A DNA stretch of 64,000 nucleotides from an uncultured Gammaproteobacteria bacterium (GCA_964592195.1 CAZQEI010000002.1:13240-77239), one strand, 5' to 3'; positions 39,568 through 48,762 are shown, numbered from the stretch's first letter. A program made the numbers and translations. Notes: generated by a model from the letters alone, not told the origin.

Positions 39568-41571
39568 TCATCTTATCATCACCTGCACCCCCTTAGTAAA
39601 ACTTGAACTAAACGCAAAGAACTCACCCAGCAATCCGCCTTTCAAATCCAAAATTTTTATATGTGGGCCGCCAGAGGCACCAGGAGAAGTAACTAATTCA
39701 CCTTGACCATCTTCGTTCCAATCACCCACTGCGACTCTCACTCCACCGGTAAAGTTTTTATACGCCAAGAAATCAGCTATTACTTTTCCGTCAACATCAT
39801 AGGCCTGAACTCGCGGTTCACTACCCGAGCCAGCACCAATCACGATTTCATCATAATCGTTTTTATCCAAATTGCCAACTGTCACGTTAGCACCTGATTT
39901 ATTAGTGGCTAAAAATGGTTTTATTTCTTTTACAATTTTACCTTGATCATTAAACACTCGGACAGCTGTTCTCATTCCAGACGGGGAACCAATGATTATC
40001 TCATCAAAGGCATCATCAGTTACATTTCCCAGTGCCACGGTTAAACCTCCGGTATATTTTTTATCAAAGGCTAAAAATTCTCGGATTAATTGACCATTCT
40101 CATCAAAAATTCTCACCACTGGTTCTCTTTTACTTTGAGGCACAACCACATATTCGACTTTACCATCATTGTTAATATCTCCAGCCGCCACTCGCACCCC
40201 ACCAATAAAAGAACCTTCAAAAGCGAGGAAACTGGCAATTAACTTTCCATCTATAGACAAACTGCGCACAAACGGTTGATTTCCAGCTGTGGCGCCGGTA
40301 ATAATTTCATTTTTCAAATCTTTATCCAAATCAGCGCCGGTAATATTTAACCCGGTAAACTTACCACCAAATACTTCAATGTTATTTTGTGAACGGAAAT
40401 CTGAATCAAATTGATAAACCTCAGCTGGCAATTCAGTATCGGCAGTGATCAATAACCTCATTTTGGTAGCTGACCCGTAATCATTCATGGTTTTTTCCAC
40501 CGCGGCGTAGGAATTTAACAAGCCAGCACCATAGGTATAAAGTTTTTCCGTGTTATTCCCAGCAATATTCAAACTGGTACTATTAAAAATCGCCACGATT
40601 TCATCTGTCGTTAAATTATTATCAATTGATCTCATTAAAGCCACTGTTCCAGAAACCATCGCAGTTGCAAAAGAGGTGCCAAAATAATGATGTCCGACAA
40701 AATTTTGAAAATCATTGAAGCCTGCTTGTTGAAAAATCGTACTAGTGATGTCTTCTCCTGGGGCACTAATATCAACGCAAGAACCATAGTTGGAGAAACC
40801 GGACAATTGATCAATTTTTCCCAAAGAAGCCACGCCAATAATTTCATTCTTTCCCACCGCATCATAACAAACTGGATAAACAGGATGAGTTGAAAAGTTT
40901 GTGCCCGCCATCGTGCCATTCCCGGCCGCGGCGATAATAATTACATTCTTTTGATAAGCGCGATCAATAGCTTGGCGCAAAACATCATCATTCTCATCAC
41001 CACCGAAACTTAAATTTACAATATCTGCACCTTGTTTTACGGCATAATCAATGGCTTTTGCCACAATATTTGAGGTCCCAGAACCATTGGTATCCAATGC
41101 CACCAAAGGCATAATGCGCACTTGCCCGGCAATACCTTTTATACCAAAACTATTATCATGGATCGCTCCAATTATTCCTGAAATAAAAGTTCCATGACGA
41201 ACAGCCAGAACAGAAAAATTTCCATCAGAGGGATCTGGCTCAGGATCATTATTGTTTTTTATAAAATTCCAACCATGGACATCATCAATGAATCCATTAC
41301 GATCATCGTCAATGCCATTATTAGCAATTTCTCCATTATTCACCCAAATACGCTCCTTCAAATCCGGATGATCGAGATCAACACCTGTATCGATTACTGC
41401 CACCACGACCTTCGAATCTCCTCTGGTAATATTCCAAGCATCTTTCACTTTCAAATGATCGAGGTACCATTGATTTTCTTCAAAGGTATCATAAGCCAAA
41501 GCACTATTCACCACAGTCAAACTAATAACTAAAAATAATGCAAACAATTTTATCTTTTGTTTTGATTTCAT
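39568..41571 (-). CDS. Secreted S8 subtilase with C-terminal FG-GAP-like repeats
   Basis: VAVIDTG, HGT, AAAGN, GTSFA; repeats F.AF...F.GGV.VA.GD. Confidence 0.92.
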   Translation of the reverse strand: MKSKQKIKLFALFLVISLTVVNSALAYDTFEENQWYLDHLKVKDAWNITRGDSKVVVAVIDTGVDLDHPDLKERIWVNNGEIANNGIDDDRNGFIDDVHGWNFIKNNNDPEPDPSDGNFSVLAVRHGTFISGIIGAIHDNSFGIKGIAGQVRIMPLVALDTNGSGTSNIVAKAIDYAVKQGADIVNLSFGGDENDDVLRQAIDRAYQKNVIIIAAAGNGTMAGTNFSTHPVYPVCYDAVGKNEIIGVASLGKIDQLSGFSNYGSCVDISAPGEDITSTIFQQAGFNDFQNFVGHHYFGTSFATAMVSGTVALMRSIDNNLTTDEIVAIFNSTSLNIAGNNTEKLYTYGAGLLNSYAAVEKTMNDYGSATKMRLLITADTELPAEVYQFDSDFRSQNNIEVFGGKFTGLNITGADLDKDLKNEIITGATAGNQPFVRSLSIDGKLIASFLAFEGSFIGGVRVAAGDINNDGKVEYVVVPQSKREPVVRIFDENGQLIREFLAFDKKYTGGLTVALGNVTDDAFDEIIIGSPSGMRTAVRVFNDQGKIVKEIKPFLATNKSGANVTVGNLDKNDYDEIVIGAGSGSEPRVQAYDVDGKVIADFLAYKNFTGGVRVAVGDWNEDGQGELVTSPGASGGPHIKILDLKGGLLGEFFAFSSSFTKGVQVMIR

Positions 41572-41660
41572 AGTTTTATATTTTTCTTACTTATATTTTA
41601 ACATAAAATAAATAAAAAAACAGTCCACGTTGGGACTGATTGATGTTATTATTCCAATTG

Positions 41661-42053
41661 TTAACGCTTTGTAACCGGTTCAAAGTATAGATCTACTTCA
41701 GCATTTTTTACAAAATATACATTTCTTTCATTCATCCAGGGATAATAACGATGATTTTCTGGCAAAACACCAACATACTCCCCTGATTCCATAATTCTTT
41801 CTCTCCCATGACAATCATCAAAGAACAACTTGCCAGTACCAAGAATCCACTCATTCTGGCGAGTAGGGACTGGTTTCTTCAAAACTGCCAGTAACAAACC
41901 AAACTGTCCATCACATGTCCTATCCAAAGTTACGTATTCCTCCGATTCATTGCTAGGAAACAAGGACACTGTGCCATACCTGCCAACAACCGCCTCTCCT
42001 CGATCCCAATCCAGATAACCTGTACCCAGTAACACTCGTTTTGATTTTGCCAT
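41661..42053 (-). CDS. Hypothetical protein
   Basis: AGGAGG RBS; terminator-like hairpin near 41615-41640. Confidence 0.7.
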   Translation of the reverse strand: MAKSKRVLLGTGYLDWDRGEAVVGRYGTVSLFPSNESEEYVTLDRTCDGQFGLLLAVLKKPVPTRQNEWILGTGKLFFDDCHGRERIMESGEYVGVLPENHRYYPWMNERNVYFVKNAEVDLYFEPVTKR

Positions 42054-42083
42054 GAAGTTCCTCCTGTTTTGGGCTGCTAATAA

Positions 42084-42311
42084 CTAAGAATCGTGATATT
42101 CAACAATTCTAATCTCTTGATCTGACAAATAGCCCCATTCACCAGGAGAACCGCAAGGTTCAAGATCCACATCAAAACCACCTTCACGTTGTTGAATAAC
42201 TTCAAATAGCTTAAAACGATTTGTATTGAACCAAGACTCCAACTTTGTGCCGCTTCGTTTCACCAACTGCACTGACTTGACTCTTCTTCCATCACTTTCA
42301 TCAACTGTCAT
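42084..42311 (-). CDS. Small hypothetical protein
   Basis: AGGAGG RBS; TTGACA-type promoter upstream. Confidence 0.6.
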   Translation of the reverse strand: MTVDESDGRRVKSVQLVKRSGTKLESWFNTNRFKLFEVIQQREGGFDVDLEPCGSPGEWGYLSDQEIRIVEYHDS

Positions 42312-42488
42312 GAGTGCCTCCTGCTGTTAAGGGCAATTGATTGACTTAGCATAGTAACGCACCAAGACGTATTTGTCAATAGATATTTTTATCTAATTTT
42401 AAACAAAAAAGCATCAAGTCATTGACATTTTACCTAAATAATGATATTATTCAATATTATATTGTTCCTTAACCCCAGGGAGATCACC

Positions 42489-43139
42489 ATGAAAACTGAC
42501 GGCATTCTCATCGTTCTCGATACTTTCTGCGAAAATCCACGCCATTTCAAAGTTCAAGGTTATCTTTCGAATAAAGATAAGCAAGTTATGAAAGCTACAC
42601 TTATTCTGAATGGCTTGTCCCCTGTTTCTTGCATGATTCACAATTGGTTTGAAACAAAGAGAATCGACGAAGCCACGCGTAATAAGCTGTTGATCAAGGC
42701 CTTTGACATGCAAGATGAATTGGATACCCAGGTTAGTCTTGAAACCCTCGAAAAGCTAAAGGCTGAGTGGGATCGTCGACTGACGCTGGATAGCGACCTT
42801 GATCGTGCGTTGGAAGCCTTTATCTATATGGAGAAGGTTGCCTGGTCGGTGATGACGGACGCGGAACGCTCCTGGTGGGGCAAGTACGATCTCGACGTTC
42901 AGATGAAGGAGCTGAGCAACATCTCGTACAACCGTCTGCGCAACGTCGAAGCCATCGACATGGCTAGCCGCAAGGTACTGAAGCAAGAAGCGACCGAGAC
43001 TATCGATCCCGAAGCCTACGACTACTCGTGCTACCTCACGCTCATCATTCGTCTGATCCGCCTCCAGAAGCAGTTCAACAACGAAAACCACCAAACATTG
43101 GCCGCCACGCCCGAAGAAAAAGAATTTTTTGAAGACTAA
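42489..43139 (+). CDS. Hypothetical protein with GC-richer 3' half
   Basis: GGGAG RBS before ATG 42489; TTGACA promoter at 42422; terminator at 43151. Confidence 0.75.
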   Translation: MKTDGILIVLDTFCENPRHFKVQGYLSNKDKQVMKATLILNGLSPVSCMIHNWFETKRIDEATRNKLLIKAFDMQDELDTQVSLETLEKLKAEWDRRLTLDSDLDRALEAFIYMEKVAWSVMTDAERSWWGKYDLDVQMKELSNISYNRLRNVEAIDMASRKVLKQEATETIDPEAYDYSCYLTLIIRLIRLQKQFNNENHQTLAATPEEKEFFED

Positions 43140-43150
43140 TCTCTTCATGC

Positions 43151-43174
43151 AGACGCTCACCCGGGCGTCTTTTT
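43151..43174 (+). terminator. Intrinsic terminator
   Basis: AGACGCTC ACCC GGGCGTCT TTTT. Confidence 0.75.
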
Positions 43175-43288
43175 GATTTGGTAAATTGGTAACAGGTAAA
43201 ATGGTATATCGGTACAATGTATTTATCAATAAACAAAACGCTCCGAAGAGCGTTTTATCCATGTACTACTTTACCATTATACTAATTA

Positions 43289-45049
43289 CTAATCCCTATT
43301 CTTGTTTTTAGAAACCATCTCCTCAATCAACTTCTCAACCGCCACCGTTAATTGTTCCTCTACACCTTTAACCCGAACAGTCACTTCCCCACTTTCCATT
43401 TCTTTATCACCAACGACTAACATATAGGGAACCTTATCTTTTTCCGCGTGACGAATCTTGTAGCCGACAGTTTCACCGCTGATATCCACCTGAACACGAA
43501 TATTGTTCGCCTTCATTTTATCCGCAATCTCGTTTACCTTAGATTGATGTTTTTCACCCACGGAAATAATCCTCACTTGTTCCGGCGCTAACCAGAATGG
43601 GAAATTGCCAGCATAATGTTCAATCAAAATCCCCATAAAGCGTTCCGGTGAACCAATAATGGCGCGGTGAATCATGATCGGAGTCTTTTCAGATCCATCA
43701 CTATCAATGTAACTCAATTTAAATCTTACCGGCATGATAAAGTCTAACTGAATAGTTGAAATCTGCCATTCACGACCCATAGCATCTTTGGCTAAGATAT
43801 CCATCTTCGGTCCGTAAATAGCGGCTTCACCTACACCGACCTCATATTCAATCTTGTGATCAATCAAAAGTTTTTCCAAAAGCGCTTGAGATTTATTCCA
43901 AACCTCTGGTGACCCTAGATACTTTTCTTGATTGTTCTCATCCCACAAGGATAAACGAATGCGATACTTCAATCCATAGGTATTCAAAGCCGTCTTAATA
44001 ATGCCCAAAATGGCTAAGAATTCAGATTCAATCTGATCTTCACGACAGAAGCAATGAGCATCATCTTGGCAGAAGCAACGCAAGCGAGACAAACCATTTA
44101 ATTCTCCGGGTTTCTCATCGCGATACAAATTGGCAAAGTCAGCTATTCTCAACGGTAAGTCTTTATAACTTCTCAATTCTGAACCGTAAATTTGCGTATG
44201 TTGCGGACAGTTCATGGGTTTTAAATAGTATTCTTCGTCCGTATAATTAGATTTCACCAAGAACATATCGTCTTTATACTTATCATAATGCCCGGAAACT
44301 TTGAAAAGTTCCGCTTTGTTCATGTTTGGAGTGTGGACAGTTTGATAACCAATTCCCTTTTGCAATTCATTGGTATAATCAATGATTAATTGACGAACAA
44401 TCGCGCCTTTAAATGTATACAAAGGTAATCCAGGACCGACTAAATCACTAAAGACAAATAAGCCCATTTCTTTACCGACTTTACGATGGTCGCGTTTCAA
44501 CGCTTCCTCTCGCATTTTCACATATTGAAACAACTCATCTTTAGTAGCAAAAGCTAAACCATAAAGGCGTTGCAACATTTTATTCTCTTCCTTACCTCTC
44601 CAATAGGCACCGGCAATCTTATCAAGCTTGAAAGCGCCAACTTCTCGCGTATTTTCCGCATGCGGCCCAATACACATATCTTCGAAAACCACTTCACCCT
44701 TATCATTAACATTGCGATAGAAGCTAATTTTAGTTTCTCCTTCTTTAACTAAATCCTCAATTAACTCTAATTTATAAGGATTGTTGGCCAACTTCGCTTT
44801 GGCTTCTTCAATCGATAAATCAAACTGCTCGAACTTTTGTTTATCCTTGATAATTCTTTCCATTTCCTTTTGAAAATTCTTCAAATCTTCATCGGAAAAT
44901 GATTTATCTCCCAGGTCAAAATCATAATAGAATCCATTATCCACAGCCGGACCAATGGTTAATTTTGCCTCAGGGTAATACTTTAACACCGCTTGAGCAA
45001 GAATGTGGCTCAAAGAATGGCGCATTGAATCAATTTTTTGTTCACTCAT
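43289..45049 (-). CDS. thrS: Threonine--tRNA ligase
   Basis: RHSLSH, GFYYDF, GAYWRG, RDHRK, KPMNCP, YGPK, IHRA. Confidence 0.98.
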   Translation of the reverse strand: MSEQKIDSMRHSLSHILAQAVLKYYPEAKLTIGPAVDNGFYYDFDLGDKSFSDEDLKNFQKEMERIIKDKQKFEQFDLSIEEAKAKLANNPYKLELIEDLVKEGETKISFYRNVNDKGEVVFEDMCIGPHAENTREVGAFKLDKIAGAYWRGKEENKMLQRLYGLAFATKDELFQYVKMREEALKRDHRKVGKEMGLFVFSDLVGPGLPLYTFKGAIVRQLIIDYTNELQKGIGYQTVHTPNMNKAELFKVSGHYDKYKDDMFLVKSNYTDEEYYLKPMNCPQHTQIYGSELRSYKDLPLRIADFANLYRDEKPGELNGLSRLRCFCQDDAHCFCREDQIESEFLAILGIIKTALNTYGLKYRIRLSLWDENNQEKYLGSPEVWNKSQALLEKLLIDHKIEYEVGVGEAAIYGPKMDILAKDAMGREWQISTIQLDFIMPVRFKLSYIDSDGSEKTPIMIHRAIIGSPERFMGILIEHYAGNFPFWLAPEQVRIISVGEKHQSKVNEIADKMKANNIRVQVDISGETVGYKIRHAEKDKVPYMLVVGDKEMESGEVTVRVKGVEEQLTVAVEKLIEEMVSKNKNRD

Positions 45050-45087
45050 ATTGTTTGTCTACTTATTATTTAATGATTGATTATTGG

Positions 45088-45747
45088 TTATTGTTTATTT
45101 TTCAGTACCGTTCTTCTCAATCCAGTCCTATTCTCACTTGCTAGTTCTTCAACCTTATCATGCAAACCATAGCGATTTGTGACATACTTCAAGAGCCCTA
45201 ACTCTCCATCTTGAATATCTTTAATCATTTGCACCAACGTGCCCTTTGGATACGCAGTCCCATCAGATTTTTTAATCTCTGTTACCAAACTTAACACGAA
45301 AAATAAATCCTCAAATGTCGCACAAGCTTTCACATTAATGGTCATTAATGATTCCGTTAATGTATCTTTGGCCGGTTGCGACAATTCTTTATCGTATATA
45401 CCTCCAATTAAAAATGATTGTCCAAAGGTTAATTTCTTATCTCCCATTTTAACCAAAGCCACTTTCCATTTCCCCCCATAACTACCAGATGAAACCTCGG
45501 GGATCACTGGATCAGTACCGAACTGAATTATTCTACCAGAATCTAAAACCAAAAATTCTAAATTAGAGGTAACAAACTCATGTCCCGCCATTTTCATTGC
45601 TGTTCCGCCAAGAGCATTACCAGCGATGATCGGCACACCCTCTTTTTGGAACAATTCACAATTCAATTCTGCGACTTGTCTAATTTTTTGTTCTCTTTGT
45701 CGAGGACTTTCGACTTGAACACCGGGAACAATTTTTTCATTAGCCAT
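45088..45747 (-). CDS. Hypothetical protein (paralog of 45761-46441)
   Basis: Shared motifs NxELF, IxxFG, FxIG, GLxxKVxEL. Confidence 0.75.
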   Translation of the reverse strand: MANEKIVPGVQVESPRQREQKIRQVAELNCELFQKEGVPIIAGNALGGTAMKMAGHEFVTSNLEFLVLDSGRIIQFGTDPVIPEVSSGSYGGKWKVALVKMGDKKLTFGQSFLIGGIYDKELSQPAKDTLTESLMTINVKACATFEDLFFVLSLVTEIKKSDGTAYPKGTLVQMIKDIQDGELGLLKYVTNRYGLHDKVEELASENRTGLRRTVLKNKQ

Positions 45748-45760
45748 ATATTATTTTAAT

Positions 45761-46441
45761 TTATTTCTTAATTGCTAATGGCGAGGGAATGTTCTTTATA
45801 GTCTCCTCTGCTTTTAACAATTCAATCACTTTTTTACGTAATCCATTGGCACGAGGAATAGTATCAACTTCGTCTGGATGCCCATTTTTTACTCTTTCAA
45901 TTAATTTAATTAAAAACTCCGGCTTATAAATATCATTATTCGAGGTGGTAATATCTCCGTTCAATTGAATAGCAAATTCGAGTGCTTCCCAAGATCGTGA
46001 TACTCTAACATTTATAGTTTTTACTGTTTCTCTTAAGATCTCAACGCCTTTCGGTGTTAAGTGTTTTGAATTATATTCACCAATGATAAAAGTCGACATC
46101 ATGTTGACATTTATCGGGAACTGAAAACCCCTATGCCAAGTGGACTCTATCCCCATGGCTCTTATCCGTTTTGGTATGAACTGATAATTGCCAAACATCA
46201 AAATCATACCATCCTCATCACTAAAAAAATTACTGGCAGAGCATGCTAAATTATAACCGAACAATTCTTTATGTCCAGCATTACCACCGACTGATTCATC
46301 TGATGAGGCTTGCTTCCCTTCTGTAAAGAATAATTCAACATTAGCGTCAATGATTGTTTGTTTTTCTCTTTTTTCAATTTCAGCTGGTGACAATTGACGT
46401 TGTTGAGGTTGTTGAGGCATTATTGGAGTAATTTCTGACAT
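45761..46441 (-). CDS. Hypothetical protein (paralog of 45088-45747)
   Basis: Start moved to MSEITP; same shared motifs. Confidence 0.75.
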   Translation of the reverse strand: MSEITPIMPQQPQQRQLSPAEIEKREKQTIIDANVELFFTEGKQASSDESVGGNAGHKELFGYNLACSASNFFSDEDGMILMFGNYQFIPKRIRAMGIESTWHRGFQFPINVNMMSTFIIGEYNSKHLTPKGVEILRETVKTINVRVSRSWEALEFAIQLNGDITTSNNDIYKPEFLIKLIERVKNGHPDEVDTIPRANGLRKKVIELLKAEETIKNIPSPLAIKK

Positions 46442-46445
46442 AAAA

Positions 46446-46886
46446 TTAATTAATTTCAATATTTAAAGTCACCGGCCCATCATTTTCCAAGTTAATTTGC
46501 ATGTGCGCTTGAAAAACTCCGGTTTGAATATTTAATTCTGTCTTTTTCAACTCAGTTACAAATTTCTCATACAAAACCTTGGCTGTGTCTGCCTTAGCCG
46601 CTTGAATAAAATCTGGGCGACGACCACTAGCAGTATTACCATATAAGGTGAATTGAGAAACAACTAATAATTCACCTTTAATATCTTGAACAGACAAATC
46701 AAACTCTTTTTCTCCATTTGGAAAAATTCGCAAGTTTACTAACTTATCAATCATCTTGGGGATTACTTCTTCTGTGTCTGTATTAGTAATTCCCAGAAAC
46801 ACCAAAACCCCTCGGCCAATCTGACCAACCACTTGCCCTTCCACAGTCACGGAAGCATTATTCACTCTTTGTAATAGTATCTTCAT
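46446..46886 (-). CDS. dtd: D-aminoacyl-tRNA deacylase
   Basis: MKILLQRV, LRIF, VSQFTL, GRRPDF, NDGPVT; true start 46886, not 47051. Confidence 0.96.
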   Translation of the reverse strand: MKILLQRVNNASVTVEGQVVGQIGRGVLVFLGITNTDTEEVIPKMIDKLVNLRIFPNGEKEFDLSVQDIKGELLVVSQFTLYGNTASGRRPDFIQAAKADTAKVLYEKFVTELKKTELNIQTGVFQAHMQINLENDGPVTLNIEIN

Positions 46887-46889
46887 AAC

Positions 46890-46917
46890 AAAAAAGACTA
46901 AGACACTTCTTAGCCTT
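46890..46917 (-). terminator. Intrinsic terminator immediately before the dtd ATG
   Basis: AAGGCTAAGA AGTG TCTTAGTCTT TTTT. Confidence 0.7.
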
Positions 46918-46968
46918 GGGGTCCATTGGACAGCAGTCGATCCTCCTATTTCGTAACAAGAAGGACGG

Positions 46969-47010
46969 CCTGCCGTCCGTAGCTCCGACGAAGTCGAGAG
47001 CGAAGGACGG
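46969..47010. repeat. 42-bp CCTG-footed hairpin
   Basis: CCTG-CCGTCC-GTAGCTCCGACGAAGTCGAGAGCGAA-GGACGG. Confidence 0.75.
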
Positions 47011-47189
47011 TTCCACCCAAGTTTTCGAGCTATAACAGCCCAAACACTCAATGAATTGTTTACGCTCTTAGTCTGGATGAATGATTACTCATGGTCAGTT
47101 GGTAGCCGACCCAATCAAGCGATGTATTTATTGTAACACACTTTCAAAATTTGACAAGCATTCTATCCGTAGTATCCGTAGGTAAGATC

Positions 47190-47209
47190 CCTGCCTGCCG
47201 GCAGGCAGG
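47190..47209. repeat. 20-bp palindrome CCTGCCTGCCGGCAGGCAGG
   Basis: Perfect palindrome inside an ATCCGTAG array; identical copy at 48716-48735. Confidence 0.9.
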
Positions 47210-47289
47210 CGTAGCATCTGTAGTGATGTGATTAACATATATTATTGGCAAAAAAAATCAGCCTAAATAAGCTGATTAACTTCTAAAAA

Positions 47290-47661
47290 CTACCTCCAAT
47301 TCAACTTCACACCACCAATATAGATCTTTGCATCCAAAGGATAACTGAGGTAAACATCTGTTCGTTGACAATCAGGATCTTCGTAATAAATAACACTGTA
47401 ATGTTTTTCCCCCCTAAAATAATAGGCCGCATCATAATAGACACCCTTGTCATATTCCCAAGCAATACAAAAGAGTTGAACATTATCTTCATGAACATAT
47501 CTGCCACCGCGATCATTCAACACACAATTTAAACTAGGGGCAATACCAAGATGGTAACCATCGGGGATACTGTGTCCAGAACCCTCTCCAACACTTCCAT
47601 CAAGTGCCACTGCCGACGAACTCCAACTCAAAAGTAACAGCGCCAGAAATACTCGTTTCAT
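47290..47661 (-). CDS. Small secreted hypothetical protein
   Basis: MKRVFLALLLLSWSSSAVA signal; GGAGG RBS. Confidence 0.7.
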   Translation of the reverse strand: MKRVFLALLLLSWSSSAVALDGSVGEGSGHSIPDGYHLGIAPSLNCVLNDRGGRYVHEDNVQLFCIAWEYDKGVYYDAAYYFRGEKHYSVIYYEDPDCQRTDVYLSYPLDAKIYIGGVKLNWR

Positions 47662-47739
47662 GAGCGCCTCCCATATTATTTGGGGTTAATTGATATAATG
47701 TCCACGCGGCCAAGGATTCTTACATTTTGAATATTCACC

Positions 47740-48222
47740 TTAACACTTCTCATCTTTCACCAAAAAAATCGTTGTCTGATTCAACTCACAATCCTCCACG
47801 TACACCATAAATCGATAATCTCCATCGATATTAAACAGCAACTCATAGAATTTTACCAAATTACTGCCAGTTTGCAATTGCGAACAATGCGATTCAAAAT
47901 ACCCAGTCGCATGATTAAAAGTTCTTTCCTCGTTCAGCAGACAATCCCAAGAAGTGGCCACAATAGCATAAACTCTATCAGGAACAACTACAGTCGAAAT
48001 ATCTACCACCTCAGGATCAACGACAACAATATCTTCAGCCGGCTCAAATTCATTCACAGCCACAAGCATTGGATGATCCACAGTACCTTGATCTTCATGC
48101 GCCAAAATTTCGTTAGTCACACTACTCCGAATCACGACCTTCCCATCTTCAACCGTAGCGTAAGCAAACAGCGAAGATTCCAAGCAAATCAAAGTCAACA
48201 GGATGACGAACAGTCGCTTCAT
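47740..48222 (-). CDS. Secreted hypothetical protein, probable paralog of 47290-47661
   Basis: MKRLFVILLTLICLESSLFA signal, GGAGG RBS; similar Cys spacing. Confidence 0.7.
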   Translation of the reverse strand: MKRLFVILLTLICLESSLFAYATVEDGKVVIRSSVTNEILAHEDQGTVDHPMLVAVNEFEPAEDIVVVDPEVVDISTVVVPDRVYAIVATSWDCLLNEERTFNHATGYFESHCSQLQTGSNLVKFYELLFNIDGDYRFMVYVEDCELNQTTIFLVKDEKC

Positions 48223-48250
48223 AGTAGCCTCCGCGGGTTTGGGTGGTTTA

Positions 48251-48508
48251 TTACAAAGATGAATCTTCCTTGGAATTTTCAAACACATCTGGAAAGACTT
48301 TTACTCGAAGGAAAAACCACGCCGCTGAAAATAACAAAACTGCAATCAGATAATCCAAAGTTGTCAGATTATTATGAATTACGACTGGAACAGAAGAAGC
48401 TATTACAGGCTCACGAATCACAGGCGGACCTTGATCAGTAAAAACCGCAGCCTGCAAATTGGCACACCACAGCAAAATTCCCAGAATAAGCAGCCAGCAG
48501 CGTTTCAT
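48251..48508 (-). CDS. Small secreted/membrane hypothetical protein
   Basis: MKRCWLLILG signal plus C-terminal TM; GGAGG RBS. Confidence 0.6.
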   Translation of the reverse strand: MKRCWLLILGILLWCANLQAAVFTDQGPPVIREPVIASSVPVVIHNNLTTLDYLIAVLLFSAAWFFLRVKVFPDVFENSKEDSSL

Positions 48509-48613
48509 CCCTTCCTCCGTGTGTAAGGGTTGTTTCTCTTGTCAAAGGACGTTCAAAGCTTAGGCTAAAATCGCATTTTTGTCAATATCATTGATCATTG
48601 ACCATTGATCATT

Positions 48614-48643
48614 TCCGCCATAGGCGGATCCGCCTCCGGCGGA
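48614..48643. repeat. 30-bp dimer of TCCGCCnnnGGCGGA within a TTGATCA heptamer array
   Basis: GATCATT[TCCGCCATAGGCGGATCCGCCTCCGGCGGA]GATCACG. Confidence 0.85.
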
Positions 48644-48715
48644 GATCACGAAAAACTAGCAATTCTTGAACAAAAAATCCTACATTTCTGCAGGATTTTT
48701 TTATATTCGTAGATT

Positions 48716-48735
48716 CCTGCCTGCCGGCAGGCAGG
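48716..48735. repeat. 20-bp palindrome CCTGCCTGCCGGCAGGCAGG
   Basis: Inside an ATTCGTAG array. Confidence 0.9.
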
Positions 48736-48762
48736 CGTAGCTAATACGTCATTCGTAGCACT

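Larger units (their letters stand above)
46890..47123 (-). ncRNA. Unidentified structured RNA or attenuator leader candidate
   Basis: TTGTCA-N16-TACAAT promoter (47157-47130), several stems, terminator; no credible ORF. Confidence 0.4.

Noticed and set aside
42756-43262. 168-aa antisense ORF
   Set aside because: A by-product of the GC-rich codon usage of the plus-strand gene, which has the promoter, RBS and terminator.
46960-47025. T-box antiterminator (GGGTGGAACC...CGTCC) upstream of dtd/thrS
   Set aside because: The apparent upper helix is the inserted 42-bp hairpin; without it the antiterminator cannot form, and no convincing stem I or specifier loop was seen. Left open to an Rfam test.
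46887-47051. 55-aa N-terminal extension of Dtd in the ORF track
   Set aside because: It reads through hairpin and terminator sequence; the family start is MKILLQRV at 46886.
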